Part shown: positions 59,114-64,000 of the stretch, piece after piece
Layout of the letters: each line of letters begins with the position of its first letter
How positions within the stretch are numbered: position 1 is the stretch's first letter
Source: Nemertoderma westbladi
Taxonomy: Eukaryota > Animalia > Xenacoelomorpha
Reading direction: 5' to 3'
Length of the DNA: 64,000 bases
Assembly (NCBI GenBank): GCA_032718475.1
Contig: JAUCBJ010007180.1
Span: 18,159 to 82,158 of the forward strand
Notes under the pieces: generated by a model
Told to the model about the DNA's origin: nothing
Seen by the model: only the letters and a program-made list of their open reading frames with translations
The model's database searches: none
Program-made: the position numbers and the translations under genes

Positions 59114-62100
59114 ATGGACGTGAGTTGTATAACACTCTCGGACAGCATCCTTAAGAATGATGTGCCACCCAGTACCGAAGAGTGTTTTTTATTTGCTGGT
59201 AAAGAACTATCCAGCCGTGACATCGAATCTCTTCGATATAATAACTGGCTTAATGACAATGTTATAGATGCTGTCCTACGATACCTTTGCTTAGAATATA
59301 ACGGAGCTACAAATATCTTTAGCTCACACTTTTTGGAAACCTTTAGGTGCAGAGGTTATGACTCTGTTAAAAACTGGTCAAATTCAAATACTTTCAACCT
59401 CGATTTTATATTTTTTCCTATAAACAAGGGTAATATTCACTGGACCCTTGCTGCCTTCTCACCCAAACCCCCTAGGCCTACCCTCTGGCTCGTTGACTCG
59501 CTTGGAAATGTTGACCACCAGGCATTATATGACATTAAGAGATGGATCGATCTCGAAGCACAGAGGCTAGGAGTGCAACCCCAAGATGTTAGAGTGCCCC
59601 CCCCCCCCCCCCCCCCCCCCCACTACCACGCAAACAGTTTAACTCATACCAGTGTGGCGTATACATTTGTCGCTTTGCCAAAATGTGCCTACACCAAGAG
59701 TCAGCCAACAAAATCAATGACGAAACAATTGCAGAATTTCGTAAGTCACTGTTACAGACAATTGAAAAAAAATTCCACCTTAGTAAGACCCGCAACTAGA
59801 GAAATATGGACCATCAATGACAATGAACAGGATCCTCAGTCTAGTCATATTCCAACAGAACAGCCATCCCAGACCCCACAACCATCATCATCCACGAAGC
59901 ATACATTTGGGTCCCAAAGCAGACGTGCAAACTGCACATCATGTAAGAAACCTTACACACTTACCAATAGCAGGCAGCTCCGTAGGCACAGGTCAGCAAA
60001 CGGTGACGAGTGCCCTGGCTCTGGTCGTTCAGTACAGGTGGATCAAAGTAATTTGCTCTGTTCTCAACCCCAGGATAGACCCTCAATGATAGATGTCCCG
60101 TCACCACTAGGACCACATCTCATCGAGGAATCAGCTACTCAGCTTTTGAAACTCGTCAGAGATGCCAGAGTGAGACTACTTAAATTTATCCCCCGGGGAT
60201 CTACTACTACTACTAGGATCGGCATGCTGCATTGTAGCTGCATTTTTAAGAATGCTGTGCCGGCTTATCGACAAAATTGCACCGTCACAACTCCCTATCA
60301 CCCATGACATTTGCTAGATCATCCGCATCTTCAAGGCCAGTGTCTTTTAAGATGCGTCTCAAGAAAGTCATGGGCTGTCCACCATGCTTATTCACTCCAT
60401 GAGGCTGCCAAAGTACAAGATTATGCACTGGCTGGTCCTCACGGCGAAAGCAATGTCCTGCAAAGCGGAGGCGATTTTGTTCTAGTGTCCAGGATGGATT
60501 TGGATCTAGGATCCAGGTGGCCAAGACACTGAGTAACTGCATACATTCAGTGCTCAAGAATAACGATCATTCCTCATGGTCCAGACTGCTCCTTATGCCA
60601 TACATTTGCCTGAAGCGCCCTGAGCGAGGGGGACAGAAACAACGCAAGTCACTATCTTCACTTGTTAACAACAATTGTGCCATTTTTAACTCTACGACTG
60701 ACTTAATGACACTTTTTAAACCAAAAAAGTATAATAACAAAGCTGAGAATAAGGGTACCCCAATTGATAGAGATGATGCGAATAGACTCCTGGCTTCGGC
60801 AGTATCACAGAAGCTAGATGCAGACGATGTAAAGGGAGCTATCCGCATACACGCGAAGACTCTATAGCTGCATTTGATAAGTTGACTCTAGAAAAACTCA
60901 AAGAGAAACATCCACCAACTCCCCCAGACCGACGCCCCTTTCCAGACCAACCAGCTGATGTCAACCCGGTAACTGTTACATCGAAGTCTGTGAAAGCATC
61001 AATCAATAATTTCAAACCCGGTTCTTCAGGTGGGTTCTCAGGCTTAAGCCCACAGCATTTGCAGGATGCTATATCACAGCGCTCTGGTGAAGCAGGCCTC
61101 TCACTCCTTGCGGACTTAACATCCTTGGTTAATCTAGTGCTCTCAGGTGATGTCCCAGATTCGGCTTCCCCTGTTATTATTGGTGCTTCAGTAACTGCCT
61201 TTAACAAAAAGGATGGTGGCATCCGCCCTATAGCAGTAGGGGAAACCATACGGCGACTGCCCGCAAAGTGTGCCACCCAGGCAGTCTCAGATAAGTTCAG
61301 CGGCGTATTTGCACCATCACAACTTGGATTTGGAACCCCTGGGGGTTGCGAGGCAGCTGTGCATGCGCTGCGAAGCTTTGTGCAATCAGCTGAGGAACAA
61401 GATGTCATCCTAATGCTTGATTTTAAGAACGCTTTTAATACTTTGAGAAGGGATCACGTTGCAGATTGTATTGCAGATAAAGCCCCAGAGCTTCTCCCAT
61501 TTTATAGGTTATGTTATGGTAGAACGACCCTCCTCTCATTTGGTCAAGATCTGCTGCTTTCTGAGGAGGGTTTCCAACAGGGGGACCCTTTAGCTGTCTT
61601 TGGATTTTGTCTAGGACTCCACCCGAATCTTGACAAATTACAGACAATATTCAAAGCAGGGTATATTGATGACGTTACAGTTGGAGGCAACTGGGAAAAG
61701 GTACACTCCAATCTTTCATCTTTCAGAACAGCATGTAGCGATATAGGGCTATCTCTTAATGAGTCAAAATGTGAACTAACCATCATTGGGGACAAGTCAG
61801 GTGAGGAAAACCCAATCTTAACTTCATTCCAGAGAAAGATCTGTCCAGGAATCAAGTTGACTAGATCAGAGGATTTAGAGCTACTTGGTGCCCCCATTGG
61901 CCCCGAAGCCCTCTCTAATGTCATCTGTAAGAAGTTGGACAACCTCAGTCTGTTTCACAATCGTCTCCTTCTCCTTGACAACCATGATGCCTTTTTCCTA
62001 CTCAAAAACTGTCTAGCCATACCCAAACTTACATACATGATCCGTTCATCACCAACTTTCAACGAACCCCATCTACTTAGCAAGATCGATAACAATATAA

Positions 62101-62690
62101 GGGAGTCTCTAGAAGAGATAACGAACGTTAAACTGGAAACTGAAACCTTGGAGCAAGCAATCCTTCCTTGTCGACACGGTGGCCTCGGAATCCCTTCTGT
62201 GACAGAAATTGCGCCTTGTGCATACCTCTCATCATTGCATAAGAATGAATCATTAATTAAAGAGATTTATCACTCTCCTAGTGAGAACAAAGACCATGGA
62301 GAAGCCATAGACTGTTGGAAAAGCATGATCCCAGAGGCGAATACTCCAGAAGATCCAAAGAGACAGAGAAACTGGTCGGAACCAATAACAGTTTCACGGT
62401 TTACCTCGCTCCTGGAAGTATCAGACAAAACATCAGCTGCACGCCTGAGAGGTTGCAAGGTCCAAGGATCTGGGGACTGGCTCAACACCTTGCCATCTTC
62501 CTCCCTTGGCCTGAAATTATCTAATGAAGATTTTGGAATCGCTGTTGCTCTTCGGCTGGGCGCACAAGTTTGTATCCCACACCCTTGCGTGTGTGGCGCT
62601 GCCGTAGACTCATCAGCTCTACATGCTTTCACCTGCAACCACATCAACAGCCGCCATCAAAATCACAGGCTCGGGAATGATGCAATTCAT
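59114..62690 (+). pseudogene. CRE-like (RLE-group) non-LTR retrotransposon ORF: Ulp1/C48 protease + zinc finger + RT + CCHC, 3'-truncated
   Basis: Ulp1 motifs WLNDNVID, FFPIN..IHWTL and VDSL, plus QFNSYQCGV in the shifted frame after the poly-C (59597-59621). Finger CTSC..H..CPGS. RT GGIRPIAVGETIRRL, LDFKNAFN, QQGDPL, YIDD, LLGAPIG. Then CVCG...H...C. Homology stops before the PD-D endonuclease. Confidence 0.88.
60204..60501 (-). mobile_element. 5'-truncated RTE LINE inserted in the CRE-like element
   Basis: TSD GGATCTA (60197-60203 and 60502-60508). Removal restores FIPRGS|RIQVAK. Minus strand encodes RLRFAGHCFRR...LVLWQP and ends in (TAG)n. Confidence 0.92.
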
Positions 62691-63014
62691 ACACTTACTA
62701 ATCAAATATAAAAAACCACAAAATAACATTTTTTTTTCAAGTTTTAGAAGTAAAAATATTTGTTCTAGAACATTACTTTGTACAAAAATAAATAGACGAT
62801 ATATTCTAGAACATTTGAAAAAGGTAAAAAAAACTAGCTTTGATAGTTCAAAAATACCTAATTAATTAATTCTGTTCTAGAACAACAATTATTTGTTCTA
62901 GATCAAGATTAATATAAAAATGAATAAACAATATGTTGCAGAAAATTTTTTTTAAAAAAGTAACAAATACTAGCTAGTATAAAAAATTTGGGGGGGTCCA
63001 CAAAACACACTAGT

Positions 63015-63546
63015 ACCGCCAATTGCATCAATGAGCCGGTTATCAGTTCCGTTGCCAAGTTCGTTGTCATAGCCGCAAAGCTTTGCAATGTCCCGAATGG
63101 CCAATAAAAAATTCCAGAAGGGTTCTCCTTGCTGTTTACGGTGAAGCAGTTCGTAACAATAAACTCTTATATTGGTAGCTCCACGAATATGTTGTTCAAG
63201 GCCTGTGATTAATAAGTCGACATCCCCTTTATCATTCCTTTCCGAGTTGTGCATTCAGTTGCATTAACAGTTTCACTGTTTCATCACAGCCAATCGAGAG
63301 TATAAGAGTATCATGCCCAATTTGTTTTGTTGCTACAAGCAGTTCTGGGCTATCAGTGATTGCATTAGCATTGTCGCGCCGCTTATACTTGTTCAATCCG
63401 GCAGTACGTTCAAAGGCGAGATACTTAGGCCTCCATGTATCAAAGTCGTCCGAACTAACATCAACACTTGGCCCAGCCTGTTTTAAAATAAATGTTCTTG
63501 GGTCGAGTCCTTGTGCCATTAGTCGATAATCGCATCCAGACTTCAA
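63015..63546 (-). pseudogene. Ty3/Gypsy-like gag fragment, frameshifted
   Basis: FDTWRPKY...LILSIG...NIRVYCYELLHRKQQGEPFWNFLLAIRDIAKLCGY matches the RxQxxGExxxxFxxxLRxLAxxCxY pattern of metazoan Ty3/Gypsy capsids. Confidence 0.65.
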
Positions 63547-64000
63547 TTAATATCCGTATCAGCTTTCCACTACCATAGATAGGTACTAATGTTCTAGAGC
63601 ATATCTTTGACTTCTGCACTTAATATAATTACAGTTTACAGTGTAACTAATTAGGCCAAAATTTCTTTAAAATGCAATCCTTATCAGCTTTCTACTAGAT
63701 AGGTAGGTACTTTGACTTCTGCAAAAAATATAATTATAACTAATTAGGTCAAAATTTGTTTAAAATGCAGCAGGTACATGGAAATATTCTGTCTAGAGAC
63801 TTGCAATTAATTGACATATATGCGATATTGAGTAAAGGGAAAAGAGTGCTATTGATGACTTGCCTATCGTCATTAGTGATAAATATCAGTGGCTGTATTT
63901 GTGATTGTGGAGTGGGATGGTTGGCCTGGTTTTCTGTTCGTCTACTATTTTTTTTCCATTTTCGCACCCTTCCCCCTACACTACAGTCGCTTCTGGTTTC

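Overview
This is a repeat-dense, AT-rich eukaryotic (most likely invertebrate animal) window with no prokaryotic features. Its core is a nest of mobile elements. An RTE-type LINE is split by a ~35.4 kb BEL/Pao LTR retrotransposon (element A, 15527-50959, + strand, TSD ATATG). A diverged sister element (element B, 21452-36765, - strand, TSD TCCAG) sits inside A's gag, and a 2.8 kb non-coding DNA element sits at the end of A's pol. With these inserts removed, the family is unusually large (~17.3 kb). It has no TGG-type tRNA primer-binding site; instead, the bases abutting the 5' LTR are complementary to a site inside the LTR, with a compensatory change between A and B (candidate self-priming). 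It also carries accessory ORFs after pol, including a 591-aa zinc-knuckle protein with a basic tail that is not Env, and conserved RNA hairpins with covarying pairs. The flanks hold a 675-bp tandem array, a decayed APE-RT LINE, LTR relics, MITEs and piggyBac-like elements, and a CRE-like non-LTR element with a Ulp1 protease. They also hold two paralogous terminal exons of a probable GPI-anchored Ly6/three-finger host gene that the ORF track misses. All calls come from reading and aligning by eye; no database searches were run.
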